Shown: piece by piece, positions 48,573 to 59,167 of the stretch
Layout: each line of letters starts with the position of its first letter
How positions within the stretch are numbered: the first letter of the stretch is position 1
Assembly (NCBI GenBank): GCA_002011035.2
Contig: MTLY02000002.1
Span: forward strand, 160,001-224,000
Direction: 5' to 3'
Source of the DNA: Candidatus Hecatella orcuttiae
GTDB lineage: Archaea; Thermoproteota; Bathyarchaeia; Hecatellales; Hecatellaceae
Length of the DNA: 64,000 bases
Made by a program: the position numbers and the translations under genes
The notes under the pieces: model-generated
Seen by the model: the letters and a program-made list of their open reading frames with translations, nothing else
What the model was told of the DNA's origin: nothing
Database searches by the model: none

Positions 48573-49946
48573 TTGAATATTGAGGTGTTGAAAATCACGG
48601 ACGTTGTCCTTATCTATCCATACTTCGCCCCTAAGATGGATAGGTCCATTTTTAGAGTTCCTCCCCTCGGTCTGGGCTACATTGCCTCCTACATAAGGCG
48701 CAACGGTTTTTCTGTAAAAATCGTAGATTGCACATTTCTGAGCTGGAAAAAAGCTGTTGACTCGGTGAGGCGGCTGAAACCATCCATCATCGGGATTTAC
48801 TCCATGTTTTCCATGGCGGAGCCTGCGACTCGGTTTGCTCAAGTCCTGAGGGGTGATTGCGCGCTTCTGGTCGCAGGGGGGCCTCTACCAAGCGTGAGGC
48901 CGGAGATTTTTTTGGAGAATTTTGACTTAGCAGTCAAAGGGGAAGGGGAGCAAACGTTTCTGGATATCGTGAAATGTTTTACGGAAGGAGGAGACCTTTC
49001 ACGTATCCCTGGCATTTTCCACAGCAAGAGTGAAGAAATAGCATTCACGGGGAACAGAAAGCCCTTTAAAAACTTGGACACCCTTCCCTTTCCGGCGCGA
49101 GACCTCTTTCCCAACAGGGATTACATCCTTTATTGGCGGAAGCGAGGTCACCCTCCTAAAACATCGATAATTACAACCCGGGGTTGCCCTTTCAGCTGCG
49201 ATTTTTGCAGCAACGCTGTCTTCGGTGTATCCTACCGGGAGAGAACAGCGAAGAATGTAGTCGAAGAAGTGGAAGATGCTTTGAAATTTGGATATGATGG
49301 CATATTTTTTGTCGACGATTGTTTTACTCTCAACAGGAAGAGGGTGGTGGAGATTTGCGATGAGATCCTAGCTAGAGACCTCGACTTTGAATGGGAATGC
49401 CTCTCTAGGGTTGATAACATAGACCGCGAGCTGGCGGGAAAGATGAAGCGGGCAGGATGCCGCAGGATTTTCTTCGGTATAGAGTCGGGAAATGAGAGAA
49501 CCCTGAGAATCATGGCGAAACACTTCTCCTTGGAGGAGGCTAGGAGAACCGTGGAGAACGTGGCTTCAGCCGGAATAAAGGCAGGAGCATTCTTCATCAT
49601 CGGCTACCCTGGGGAGACGGATGAAAGCATCCTAGATACCATCAATTTTTCAACCTCACTCCCTCTGGAATATCTTTCTTTCACACTGCCCTATCCTATT
49701 CCCGGCACAGGGTTGTATGAAAAAGTCAAGGATAGAATGACCCTCACAGACTGGGTCAGGCCGAAACTGGGATTGATCGACCATTCGCTGATCTACAAGT
49801 CGCATTTCTCCAGCGCTAAACTGAAATTTGCCATCCTAAAAGGCACTGTTCAATTTCAAATCAAGAAGCGGCTGGGTAGGTTCTCATGGCCCGTTGAGAA
49901 GCCCTTTAAAAAAATAACCAACTATGTTTTCAAAAAGTTGGTGTAA
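48573..49946 (+). CDS. B12-binding domain radical SAM protein
   Basis: PPLGLGYIAS, GEGE.T, TRGCPFSCDFC, FVDDCF, GIESG. Confidence 0.9.
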   Translation: MNIEVLKITDVVLIYPYFAPKMDRSIFRVPPLGLGYIASYIRRNGFSVKIVDCTFLSWKKAVDSVRRLKPSIIGIYSMFSMAEPATRFAQVLRGDCALLVAGGPLPSVRPEIFLENFDLAVKGEGEQTFLDIVKCFTEGGDLSRIPGIFHSKSEEIAFTGNRKPFKNLDTLPFPARDLFPNRDYILYWRKRGHPPKTSIITTRGCPFSCDFCSNAVFGVSYRERTAKNVVEEVEDALKFGYDGIFFVDDCFTLNRKRVVEICDEILARDLDFEWECLSRVDNIDRELAGKMKRAGCRRIFFGIESGNERTLRIMAKHFSLEEARRTVENVASAGIKAGAFFIIGYPGETDESILDTINFSTSLPLEYLSFTLPYPIPGTGLYEKVKDRMTLTDWVRPKLGLIDHSLIYKSHFSSAKLKFAILKGTVQFQIKKRLGRFSWPVEKPFKKITNYVFKKLV

Positions 49947-50015
49947 AATCTTTAAAATAAATGGAAAACCGCAAAATTGTTTTGCATTCTTCATCGCCCT
50001 TCCGCAATCCGGCCT

Positions 50016-50477
50016 TCAACGGCATATCCAGTTTATCTTGGGGTCGCTTTTAACGGCCGGATGGTGCGGATCCACCAAGATGACTTCAAACCATTTGTAT
50101 TTTCCATCTTTCCAAAGCCAGTAGCTGTTGAGGACTTTGAGGTTGGGGTACTTCTTAGCTACCCTCTCCTCGGCTATCTGCTTCAAGCTTTTGGCTCCCT
50201 TGATTTTCAGGACGCCCATTTTCTTGGGTCTTCTCCCTCCCTTAGGCCTCAGCCGCTGGAATCCCCCGCGGCCAACCCGCACTCTGACCACCACGTAGCC
50301 TGGTTTAGCGCGGTAGCCTAGGCTTCTAGCTCTATTTAGCCTAGTGGGTGTTTCCACTCTGACTATGGTGGGTCCCCGACGCCAACGGATAGCTCGGTCT
50401 CGTATGACTTGTTTGAGACTTGACTTCTCAGGGGATTTCCACATCTCCGCTAGCTGTCTATACACGTTCAGTCCCAT
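50016..50477 (-). CDS. rpl15e: 50S ribosomal protein L15e
   Basis: [30 protein letters not shown]...[15 protein letters not shown]. Confidence 0.95.
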   Translation of the reverse strand: MGLNVYRQLAEMWKSPEKSSLKQVIRDRAIRWRRGPTIVRVETPTRLNRARSLGYRAKPGYVVVRVRVGRGGFQRLRPKGGRRPKKMGVLKIKGAKSLKQIAEERVAKKYPNLKVLNSYWLWKDGKYKWFEVILVDPHHPAVKSDPKINWICR

Positions 50478-50652
50478 TCCTTCCCTTTTCACGGATCTCC
50501 GAGATCGGCTAGACAGTTAGTTCTATTGGGAGTTCCCTAAAAACGTTGCTCCCAGCTAGAGGGAAACTGTTAATAGGTTAAAAATTATCTTTTTTAAAAA
50601 GAACAAACTCGGCTTGTTAGGAGTTGAAAAAGCAGAAAGGTGACAGCCAACC

Positions 50653-51756
50653 ATGGTTGCCTATGATACAGTCCTTCAAGCTTTGCCTACTGAAGTTAAG
50701 GCCAAACACCGGCCTAAATCCTTCGGAAATCTTCTTACAGAGGTTGTGAAAAAGAACTTATGCGATAGCTGCGCAGCCTGCGCTGCTTCCTGCCCTGTGG
50801 ACGTCATCGCCTTCAAGGGCGACTCGGAGTTTCCTACTTTGGCAGGGAAATGTATCCTCTGCGAATACTGCTACTACAACTGTCCTAGGACAGGGACCTC
50901 AAGGCGGGAGCTGGAAGAAGCCGCCTTCGGACGAACTAGGACTTCGGAGGAAGAAGTTGGTGTGCTCTTGGAAGCTCACACTGCCAGAGCTCTAAAAGAT
51001 GAAATTTTGAAAAGAGCTTCGGATGGAGGCGTGGTCACAGCCATTCTGGCCTACGCTCTCGAGAAAGGGATCATTGACTCCGCCGTGGTTTCAGGTTTGA
51101 AGCCGGGAGAGCAGTGGAGGCCTATCCCCCGAGTGGTTGACACCTACGAGGACTTGCTGAAAGCCATGGGAACCCGCTATTCCACTAGTCCTACTCTTTT
51201 GGGTCTCCGTTCCGCCGTGGAAGAATGGGACAAGGAGAGAGTAGCCGTGGTGGGTGTTCCCTGTCAAATTAAGGCGATAAGGCGGATGGAAACTTCCCCT
51301 TATGGAATTCGAAAGTTGACGGAGAGAACAGTTCTCAAGATAGCCCTCTTCTGCTATGAAAGCCTCTACCATCAAGCCTTGATGACCTACCTTGAAAGTA
51401 AAGGTGTAGACCTGAACAGGATCACTAAGTTCTCCATTCGAGAGGGTAAGTTTAGAGTTCGGGCGAACGGGGAGGAAGTCCTCAACGTTCCCATCAAAGA
51501 GCTGAAAGACCAATTCCGGCCTAACTGTCTCCAGTGCATTGACTTTACAGGGGAATATTCCGACATCTCCGTGGGCTCGGTAGGCTCTCCAGAAGGTTGG
51601 TCCACAGTTCTCATTCGAACGGAGCAGGGGAAGAAAATCTTCCAGGGAGCTGCGGAAGCAGGGTTTATAGAATTCAAACCTGTGGAAAACATGAAGGCGG
51701 TGGAAAAGCTAAGCGCTGTTAAAAAGAAGAGAACAGACCCTGCCCACCGAGATTAA
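50653..51756 (+). CDS. Coenzyme F420 hydrogenase/dehydrogenase beta subunit family (FrhB/FpoF-like)
   Basis: Two N-terminal 4Fe-4S motifs, DGGVVTA.L, VGVPCQI, LFC, C..C.DF....DISVG..G...GW. Confidence 0.88.
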   Translation: MVAYDTVLQALPTEVKAKHRPKSFGNLLTEVVKKNLCDSCAACAASCPVDVIAFKGDSEFPTLAGKCILCEYCYYNCPRTGTSRRELEEAAFGRTRTSEEEVGVLLEAHTARALKDEILKRASDGGVVTAILAYALEKGIIDSAVVSGLKPGEQWRPIPRVVDTYEDLLKAMGTRYSTSPTLLGLRSAVEEWDKERVAVVGVPCQIKAIRRMETSPYGIRKLTERTVLKIALFCYESLYHQALMTYLESKGVDLNRITKFSIREGKFRVRANGEEVLNVPIKELKDQFRPNCLQCIDFTGEYSDISVGSVGSPEGWSTVLIRTEQGKKIFQGAAEAGFIEFKPVENMKAVEKLSAVKKKRTDPAHRD

Positions 51757-53417
51757 CCTCGCAGAGGCACAGCCCCTTCAGCTGCGGAACCTACCATTTT
51801 AGAGTACCTCAGAAGATAACCCCCTGCCACTTTAGGTTTAGGAGGCTTCCAAGCCTTCAGTCGCCTCTTCAGCTCTCCCGCCTTCAACCTCACCTCGAGT
51901 CTTCGGCGGGGTATGTCGATGATGATGAGGTCTCCGTCATGAATTACAGCAATAGGCCCGCCTTGAGCGGCTTCCGGGCTGATGTGGCCTATACAGGGGC
52001 CGGTGGTGGCTCCTGAAAATCTGCCGTCGGTGAGAAGAGCCACAGAGCTTTGGAGGCCCATTCCTTTGATGGCGGTGGTGGCTGCCAGCATTTCCCTCAT
52101 ACCCGGCCCGCCTTTTGGGCCCTCGTACCTGATGACCACAGCGGAGCTGGGAGGTATCCGACCGGTTAGAATGGCTGTAAGAGCGTCTTCTTCGCTGTCA
52201 TAGACTTTAGCTCTTCCTTTCCATCTGAGCATTTCCGCTACCACCGCCGACTGTTTAACCACAGCGCCTTCGGGAGCTAGGTTTCCTTTTAGAATGGCAA
52301 TGCCGCCCTCCCTGTGCACAGGGCGGTTGAGCGGCCGGATGACGTCTCTCCTCCTTGTTCGGGCTTTCTTCAGGTTTTCTTTCACCGTTCGCCCTGTCAC
52401 CGTCAGACAGTCTAGGTGAAGGAGAGGCGCCAGTTCCTTCATCACCGCGGGGATACCGCCCGCTTCATGAAGGTCCTTTACGTAGTAGGGCCCCGCGGGG
52501 TTAAGGTCGCAGAGGTGAGGAGTCTTCCGGCTCAGCCGGTCGAACGTGTCCAAGGCTAAAGGTAAGCCAGCTTCTCTGGCGACGGCCATGAGATGGAGGA
52601 CGGTGTTGGTGGAGCCTCCTAGAGCCATGTCCACCATGATGGCGTTTTCCAGCGATTTCCTCGTCACGATCTTTCTGGGAACTATGTCTTTCTGCAAAAG
52701 CATCATCACCTGACGGCCTGCTTCTTCAGCTATTCTATACCTTTCAGCCGAAACAGCCAGAGCAGTACCCCCATAGGGCAGAGTTAAACCCAAAGCCTCA
52801 GTCAGACATTGCATGGTATTAGCAGTGTACATTCCCGCGCAGGAACCTGGGCCTGGGCAGGCGCAAGCTTCCATCTCCCTGAGAATCTTTTCTGAGATAG
52901 CTCCCGCCTTGGCAGCGGAGACACTCTCAAACATTTCAGAGTAACTGAGAGAACGCCCCTCATACCAGCCGGGTAACATGGCCCCCCCGGAGACGAAGAT
53001 AGCCGGCAGGTTCAGCCTGCACATGGCCATCAGCATACCGGGAACTATCTTGTCGCAGGAAGATATGCAAACCAAGGCGTCGAAGCCGTGAGCGTTGACG
53101 GCCAGCTCCAAGGAGTCGGCGATAATTTCTCGGCTGGGAAGAGAGTTTCTCATACCCTCATGCCCCATGGCGATGCCGTCGCAGATGGCTATGGTGTTAA
53201 ACTCCAGTGGGGTTCCCCCTGCGGCCACCACTCCCTTTTTAACAGCCTCCGCCAAGCCTTTCAAATGCTGATGCCCTGGAACAACTTCCGTCCAAGAATT
53301 GGCTATGGCGACCAGAGGCTTTTCGAGGTCTTCATCCATCAGACCTACGGCTTTAAACAAAGCCCGGTGGGCTGCCCGCTCTATTCCTTCTACAACTTTT
53401 CGACTTCTAAGCTTCAT
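51753..53417 (-). CDS. ilvD: Dihydroxy-acid dehydratase
   Basis: [48 protein letters not shown]. Confidence 0.96.
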   Translation of the reverse strand: MKLRSRKVVEGIERAAHRALFKAVGLMDEDLEKPLVAIANSWTEVVPGHQHLKGLAEAVKKGVVAAGGTPLEFNTIAICDGIAMGHEGMRNSLPSREIIADSLELAVNAHGFDALVCISSCDKIVPGMLMAMCRLNLPAIFVSGGAMLPGWYEGRSLSYSEMFESVSAAKAGAISEKILREMEACACPGPGSCAGMYTANTMQCLTEALGLTLPYGGTALAVSAERYRIAEEAGRQVMMLLQKDIVPRKIVTRKSLENAIMVDMALGGSTNTVLHLMAVAREAGLPLALDTFDRLSRKTPHLCDLNPAGPYYVKDLHEAGGIPAVMKELAPLLHLDCLTVTGRTVKENLKKARTRRRDVIRPLNRPVHREGGIAILKGNLAPEGAVVKQSAVVAEMLRWKGRAKVYDSEEDALTAILTGRIPPSSAVVIRYEGPKGGPGMREMLAATTAIKGMGLQSSVALLTDGRFSGATTGPCIGHISPEAAQGGPIAVIHDGDLIIIDIPRRRLEVRLKAGELKRRLKAWKPPKPKVAGGYLLRYSKMVGSAAEGAVPLRG

Positions 53418-53507
53418 AGCTGAAAAACCTCCTTATTCTAAGTTAAACTTTTCCGCCGATCTCCACCTAGACAGCCACGAACGCCTTATCGCCACTCAGT
53501 TCAGCTT

Positions 53508-54899
53508 TCATGGTTTTTGGAGGCCTAGGTTTTCGAGTTCTTTCCACACTTTCTGGTAGATGGCCTGCCACTCCGGGGTGGGTTGGAGGGTTTTGAGGTC
53601 GGTGCACTGGGGGAAGCTGAGCCCTTTTGGGGGGCGGCGGAGGCGGTCCTCGTAGCGGGGCAGCAGCGCCTTCACCAGCTCGCAGGCCTCCCCCCGCCTG
53701 AGGCCCGCCGAGGCCTTGACCACCTCCGCGCAGAACCTGTTCTCCAACCCGCTGGCATAATCAGGAAACCTACAACCCGTAGGACGAGTGCCGAAGCCTG
53801 AAGCGCAGCCTGAAGCAGCATCACAAATTTCGAAGGCAGCTGTCTCGTAGAGAAGCATGTCCGTGCAGGGGCCGGCTGTTTGAGTGACAACCCCGGTGAT
53901 GATCGCGTGCGTGTTCAGAGTTTGAGCTTGCCGGCTGATGCTTTGCGCCCAGAGGGCTTCCCTTCCACAGTTGCCCAAGTATCTTAAGTCCAAAGTTGCA
54001 ACATCACCGTAGGTTCCCATGTGTGTCGCCATGTGCAAAATGAAGGCAGCTATCGCCTCCAAGGCGGCGCCTTCCGGTGAACCTGCATAGCCTCCGATCA
54101 TAGAGTGGTATCCAGGCTTGATCATGGCTCCGCAGGTGAGAGCATGAGCTGTCTTATGTAGCAGTTGGTAGCTTGTCACCAGAGGGTTCACAAGAAGGGG
54201 AATAGCGACGGTTAACGTCGGGTTAAACCCCTCAGGCATTCCCAGCCCGCCGAGCTGCCCGTACTCGGTGGGACTGGCTTCGGGTCCTTGAACAGGCATT
54301 CCCACCCTGTTCGCCCTCCTTAAGGCTTCCTTTATCAAGGCAGCTTCATAGGCTCCTAGCAGAGTTTCATAGGGGGTTCGGGCTCTGGGGCGGCGGCCCA
54401 GTATCGTGGCGGGGACTCCTCCGGCTATGATGTCGATCACCCGATATTGGGCGATGCTCTGCATGAGGGGGATGTACAGCTCCTCTGAAATCTCCAGCCC
54501 AAGGGGCGCCATTATTGCCCTCGGCCTAGTCTTGTCCTCTGGCTTTCGGGCTTTCATCGTCACCCTGTTTGCACCCGCCCCCAACTGTAGTTCGCTGGGC
54601 GCCTCGGCTAACACCGTCTTCAGCTCATCTTCTGTGAAATTGATGACCCGTTTGGTGTCGGAGCAGTACATTCCGGTTTCCACGGCCAGCTCAAAGCCGG
54701 CTTTCCAAAAATCGTTGGCCAAACCGTCATCGGTGTTTACCGGGTTTTCCGGGTCGCAAACACCCTTAAGCCCGTATTTCTCCAGTTTCTCCCTAATCTT
54801 TCCCGGAAAGATCTTCAACTCCCAGTTTTTCTTATCAACCACAGGGCCTGTGTGGGCTCTATCCAGAACATCTAGGAACGTGACTTTCACGCAAACCAC
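53508..54899 (-). CDS. mtmB: Monomethylamine:corrinoid methyltransferase MtmB homolog (no in-frame amber)
   Basis: GMYC.DT.RVI.F.E.E, TPYE, GM.VQGPE, GGYAG.PEG, AGPCT.M, L.P.YE......P.G..F..C.D...L.PT.E. Confidence 0.82.
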   Translation of the reverse strand: MVCVKVTFLDVLDRAHTGPVVDKKNWELKIFPGKIREKLEKYGLKGVCDPENPVNTDDGLANDFWKAGFELAVETGMYCSDTKRVINFTEDELKTVLAEAPSELQLGAGANRVTMKARKPEDKTRPRAIMAPLGLEISEELYIPLMQSIAQYRVIDIIAGGVPATILGRRPRARTPYETLLGAYEAALIKEALRRANRVGMPVQGPEASPTEYGQLGGLGMPEGFNPTLTVAIPLLVNPLVTSYQLLHKTAHALTCGAMIKPGYHSMIGGYAGSPEGAALEAIAAFILHMATHMGTYGDVATLDLRYLGNCGREALWAQSISRQAQTLNTHAIITGVVTQTAGPCTDMLLYETAAFEICDAASGCASGFGTRPTGCRFPDYASGLENRFCAEVVKASAGLRRGEACELVKALLPRYEDRLRRPPKGLSFPQCTDLKTLQPTPEWQAIYQKVWKELENLGLQKP

Positions 54900-54930
54900 C
54901 TTTTAAGGAAGATAAGGGCGAGCGGAGATA

Positions 54931-55440
54931 TTATAGATTTTTATGTTTCTGCGCAAGCTCAGCGTACATTTCAACGCCTTTCCTTATTCTGCCCATATGC
55001 TGATCGGTGATCTTTTTTACAACTTTAGCCGGAATACCTAAAGCCAACGATCCAACCGGAATCCTTGTCTTCTCGGTCACCACGGAGCCAGCTGCTACAA
55101 CACATGATTCACCTATCTCAACGCCGTTAAGGACCACAGCGCCTATGCCGATGAGGACGTTGTTCCCTATCTTGCATCCGTGGAGAACTACGCGATGCCC
55201 GATTATGGCATTATCGCCCACATAGGTTGGGTAACCTTCATCCACGTGTAAAACAGAGTTGTCTTGGATGCAGGTTTTCTTGCCGATGACGATTTCGTCC
55301 AAATCTGCCCGTATTACTGTGTTATACCATATGCTGGAGTGTTCACTCACAGTCACGCTGCCGATTAGGGTGGCATTGGGAGCTATGAAGCATGTTTTGT
55401 GAACCTTAGGCTTCCTTCCGTAAAAATCTAAGAGTGTCAA
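54931..55440 (-). CDS. Gamma carbonic anhydrase family protein
   Basis: FIAP.A.LIG.V, IQDN.VLH, GH...LHGC hexapeptide repeats. Confidence 0.9.
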   Translation of the reverse strand: MTLLDFYGRKPKVHKTCFIAPNATLIGSVTVSEHSSIWYNTVIRADLDEIVIGKKTCIQDNSVLHVDEGYPTYVGDNAIIGHRVVLHGCKIGNNVLIGIGAVVLNGVEIGESCVVAAGSVVTEKTRIPVGSLALGIPAKVVKKITDQHMGRIRKGVEMYAELAQKHKNL

Positions 55441-55608
55441 TCTTCACACCCAGTCTTCTCTCATGGTTAAGCTTATTAGATAAGGGGTATACGTTTCAGT
55501 TTTTCGTCTCTAGCCAATTTTTACAATCAGCCTACCCGGATTGTTCGCCGAAAATATGAAGTGGAAAATCACCTGATGGAAATCTGGAAAAAAGGCGTTG
55601 CTCAGCCT

Positions 55609-55968
55609 TTAAGGCTGGGAGATGCTCGACTTATCTTTCAGTTTGTCCTTTGTATCCAGCAAGTAGTTTGGTATGCGGAGCTGAGCCACTAGGCTGCCTT
55701 TTTTGGTTATGCGGAAAACGGCGTGGTTTTTTGTTTTTCCGCGGCATTGGATGGTTAAGGTTTTACATGCTGACTTTGACTTTTCGTTTTCTCTCGCTTC
55801 AACAATTTTTTGGAGGAACTTGTCGAGGCTGATGCCATGTTTTTGGGAGATCCGGGTGACATAGGTGAAAAGTCTCTTATCATAGTAGGAATGCCATGGG
55901 CTGGGAGGTCGGCCTCTTTCTCCATCCGTTATTTTACTCCACACAATCCGCATGACGTTTACCGGCAT
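55609..55968 (-). CDS. Hypothetical basic protein downstream of alba
   Basis: 119 aa ORF starting 8 nt after the alba stop. Confidence 0.5.
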   Translation of the reverse strand: MPVNVMRIVWSKITDGERGRPPSPWHSYYDKRLFTYVTRISQKHGISLDKFLQKIVEARENEKSKSACKTLTIQCRGKTKNHAVFRITKKGSLVAQLRIPNYLLDTKDKLKDKSSISQP

Positions 55969-55976
55969 GTTTTAAG

Positions 55977-56255
55977 TTACACGCTTAACGTGATCTCGAT
56001 GGTTGAAATGTTCCTCGTTCCACCTTCACGAAGCTGCACAGTGTCGGTTCCTAGGTTTATTCTGCTTACTTTCAAGTCTTTCATGAACCTGCTTCTGGTT
56101 ATTTCCGCCACATCCACGGCCGTGGTTATGGCTTGTCCTCTCGCCTTCAACGTAACTTCCTTAGTGTCAGGTGTGTTGAAGCAGGTTATGACGGTGAGGA
56201 CGTAGTTCATAGGCGGCTTTCTTCCAATGAAGATGGTGTTTTGCTCCTTAGACAC
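55977..56255 (-). CDS. albA: DNA/RNA-binding protein Alba
   Basis: IGRKP.MNYVL, KARGQAI..AVDVAE, NISTIEI. Confidence 0.95.
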   Translation of the reverse strand: MSKEQNTIFIGRKPPMNYVLTVITCFNTPDTKEVTLKARGQAITTAVDVAEITRSRFMKDLKVSRINLGTDTVQLREGGTRNISTIEITLSV

Positions 56256-56397
56256 TTTTCCGGTTCCTCCTCCACCATGGCCCTCGATGAACGTAGTTTA
56301 GGGCCTTAAAGTATATAAGGAAATGCTAAAAGAACCAGTTAAACGTTGAGAAACCATAACGAGAGCCGCCTAGGTGAGCCTATGGGAGCTGAATTTT

Positions 56398-57612
56398 TCA
56401 AGCTCTACCTTTGGAAGACACTATCTTGATTACGTCTCTATGCTTGATCCGGTAGTCTTCGCCAACCCGCCTCTTGCTCTTAGCTTCCACAGCGTAGATG
56501 AAAGTTTCAGCCAGTTCGCTGTGAATCATGCCAGCCAAATCCCTCGCTCCCGTGTCTGGAGGCACCAAATAACAGTCAGGGAGGACTCTTCCTTCGTGGT
56601 CTGTGAGTTTCTCCACATCTTCCACGGGAAAAATGGCGACCATTCCTAGGAGGCGGAAGAGAGCAAAGTCTAGGGCTTCCTGAACTCCCGTGGAGCCGAA
56701 CTTCTTCAACACTTTCTCTTCCACAGCGCGGAGAGCGGAAGTTTGTTCAACTGTAAGCTTCTGAGGTTGGAGGATTTTAAACTCCTTGTCCCCCGGCTTG
56801 TATTCTATCATTCCCTTCTCATCCGCTCTCCGAAGGACCAGTTCCGCCTCAGCGCTACAAGGCACCACAGCGTAGCCAGCCTCCCTCAGCCTAGCCACAT
56901 TTTCTTCAGCCGGCTCAAGGTCTATCTTGTTAGCAACGATCAGGAGAGGTTTGGCGAGTTTCCGAAGCCTCTTAGCTAGGTTTTGAAGCTCCCCCTCGGT
57001 CCACCGGGTGGGCTTCTTAGCTTGAAGACCCAACTCGTCGACAGCCCTGAACACGTCCTGTCTTCGAATCTGAAGGCCGGCTAGCTTTTCTGAGAGAACT
57101 CCTACGATGTTCTCCCCCAACGTCTCGGCTTTCCTAGCGATTCTATCCCAGTCTTTTTTGAGAATCTGGAAAATCCACATGTCAAACTCCTTCTCGAGGA
57201 AGGCTACATCTTGAAGGGGGTCGTTAAGCCCGGGTTTGCAGGGTTTTCCATCCATGTCCGTGGACCCAGCAGCATCCACCACCAGCAGAAGCACGTCCGC
57301 CTTCCTAACCTCGTCGAGAAACTGGTTTCCCAAACCTCTCCCTTCCCAAGCTCCGGGAACCAGCCCCGGGCAGTCAACCATTTTGACTGGGATGAAGCGG
57401 CGTCCTCCAATGCAGGCGGAGTTCACCGGGTTGTCTTGGACGCCGAACTCACGGCACACGCAGTCCACGGCCACGTAGGTAATGCCCACATTGGCCTTGA
57501 CGGTGGTGAAGGGGTAGTTGGCTATAGGCACGGAGGCTAGAGTGGCGGCGGAAAAGAAAGTACTCTTGCCCACATTGGGCTTTCCAGCCAAACCGATGAG
57601 AGGATTTCGCAA
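56398..57612 (-). CDS. Archaeal Obg-family translation-associated GTPase/ATPase (YchF-like) with TGS domain
   Basis: GKPNVGKSTFF, NYPFTT, GLVPGA.EGRGLGNQFLD, ANK.D, IHS.L. Confidence 0.9.
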   Translation of the reverse strand: MRNPLIGLAGKPNVGKSTFFSAATLASVPIANYPFTTVKANVGITYVAVDCVCREFGVQDNPVNSACIGGRRFIPVKMVDCPGLVPGAWEGRGLGNQFLDEVRKADVLLLVVDAAGSTDMDGKPCKPGLNDPLQDVAFLEKEFDMWIFQILKKDWDRIARKAETLGENIVGVLSEKLAGLQIRRQDVFRAVDELGLQAKKPTRWTEGELQNLAKRLRKLAKPLLIVANKIDLEPAEENVARLREAGYAVVPCSAEAELVLRRADEKGMIEYKPGDKEFKILQPQKLTVEQTSALRAVEEKVLKKFGSTGVQEALDFALFRLLGMVAIFPVEDVEKLTDHEGRVLPDCYLVPPDTGARDLAGMIHSELAETFIYAVEAKSKRRVGEDYRIKHRDVIKIVSSKGRA

Positions 57613-57709
57613 AACCGTCTTCCCCGTCTTCCTGAAGAGGCTGCTTCACCTTAACCTAATTACTTTTCTACACTTAAAACAAGCGACGGGAGGGGTCTGT
57701 TCTCGCCTT

Positions 57710-59029
57710 TCAAGCCGACTTGGCGGGGAAAATGTCGGCTATGGTTTGGTCGCAGAGAGAGCTGAGGTCGTTGAACACTTGTTCAATCTGGTCGATGGAG
57801 AGGTGGCGGGTTGTGAACAAAGGTGTGACAAAGTCGTATCTGTCAGTGTCCTCCGACAGGATGGATATTCCCAGCTCATTGGCGTAGGTGCGAAGGTAGG
57901 TTCCCGGGAAAGGTGTGGTCATGGAAAGAACTAAGTGGGCGCCCATTCCCTTCAACTCCTTCATCAATTTTTCAGTTTCCTTCAACGTCTCCAAAGTGTC
58001 CTCTGGGAAAGGCATCATAAAGTTACAGAACGTGGATATCCCCGCCTCCACCGACCGTCTCACCGCCCTCTTAACCTGCTCCACCGTTATGCCTTTCCGA
58101 ATGTGGTTCAGGATCCTCTGAGACCCAGACTCAACTCCGTATTGAATGCAAACACATCCGGAGCGAGCCATTTCCTGAACCACATCCCTGCTCACCGTGT
58201 TCACTCTAGCCTCACATGACCATCCGACTTTCACACCCAGCTCCCATATGCCGCGGCATATTTTTTCAGTCCTATCTCTGAACACGGTGAAGGTATCGTC
58301 GGCAATGAAGAAATAGTCGACACCAAACCTGTTGATAAGCTGCCTCATCTCAGCCACCACATCCTCGTGGCTTCGAACACGATACCTGCCTCCGGACAAT
58401 GTCCCCGCTGAGCAAAAGATGCAGTTGTAAGGACAACCCCTACTCGTCACCAGGGTGCCAGGTATCTTGTAGAGCCTCATGGAAAACAGATGCCGCGCTG
58501 GGTAGGGAAGACCGTCGAGATTCTGGATCAATGGTCGGTCTGGGTTGTTTACCACCTTTCCGTCCTTTTTGTAGCTGATGCCTTGAACTTCATGCAGCCG
58601 CCTATCTCCCTTCAGCAGTCGGCTTGCAAGCTCCAGCATCGTGGCTTCTCCCTCCCGGCGGACGACAATATCAACCTGCGGATTTGCAAGGGTTTCCTCG
58701 GCTGTAAAAGTGACATGCGGACCTCCTAGGATGGTACAGATCTCCGTGTTCAGTTCCTTAGCGGCTTTCGCGATCTTCAAAGCGTTTTTGTAGGTGAGAG
58801 TGTTCGCTGTTATCCCGACGAGTTTAGGCTGGTGACGACTGACTTCGGATTTGAACGCGTCCTCTTCCATTTTCACTATCGCCATGTCGACGACATGGGT
58901 GTCGAAACCGTGAAAGAGAAGGTTTGAGGCGATGTAGCCGAGACCTAAAGGCGGGCAGAAAACAGCTTCCTCCACGTAGTCCGCCATGGTTTTAGGCAAA
59001 GGCGGCTGCACCAAGAGGACATCAGCCAT
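57710..59029 (-). CDS. B12-binding domain radical SAM protein
   Basis: PPLGLGYIAS, GGPHVT, SRGCPYNCIFC, DDTF, GVESGSQ. Confidence 0.9.
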   Translation of the reverse strand: MADVLLVQPPLPKTMADYVEEAVFCPPLGLGYIASNLLFHGFDTHVVDMAIVKMEEDAFKSEVSRHQPKLVGITANTLTYKNALKIAKAAKELNTEICTILGGPHVTFTAEETLANPQVDIVVRREGEATMLELASRLLKGDRRLHEVQGISYKKDGKVVNNPDRPLIQNLDGLPYPARHLFSMRLYKIPGTLVTSRGCPYNCIFCSAGTLSGGRYRVRSHEDVVAEMRQLINRFGVDYFFIADDTFTVFRDRTEKICRGIWELGVKVGWSCEARVNTVSRDVVQEMARSGCVCIQYGVESGSQRILNHIRKGITVEQVKRAVRRSVEAGISTFCNFMMPFPEDTLETLKETEKLMKELKGMGAHLVLSMTTPFPGTYLRTYANELGISILSEDTDRYDFVTPLFTTRHLSIDQIEQVFNDLSSLCDQTIADIFPAKSA

Positions 59030-59167
59030 CTATCACATCCCTCAAAGGAAGAGAAGACTTTTCATGGAAAACGCGGAACGGATAATTAAACACGTCTTTT
59101 TTCAAACCAGTCCTAGGATAGGTGATCAAAGAAGCCACGGCTTTCTACTCCGCTTAAACCTTCCTTT

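Noticed and set aside
49980-50020. L15e ending at INWICR looks truncated
   Set aside because: No continuation of the usual C-terminal tail is recognisable downstream, and short L15e forms occur in some TACK lineages; treated as natural.
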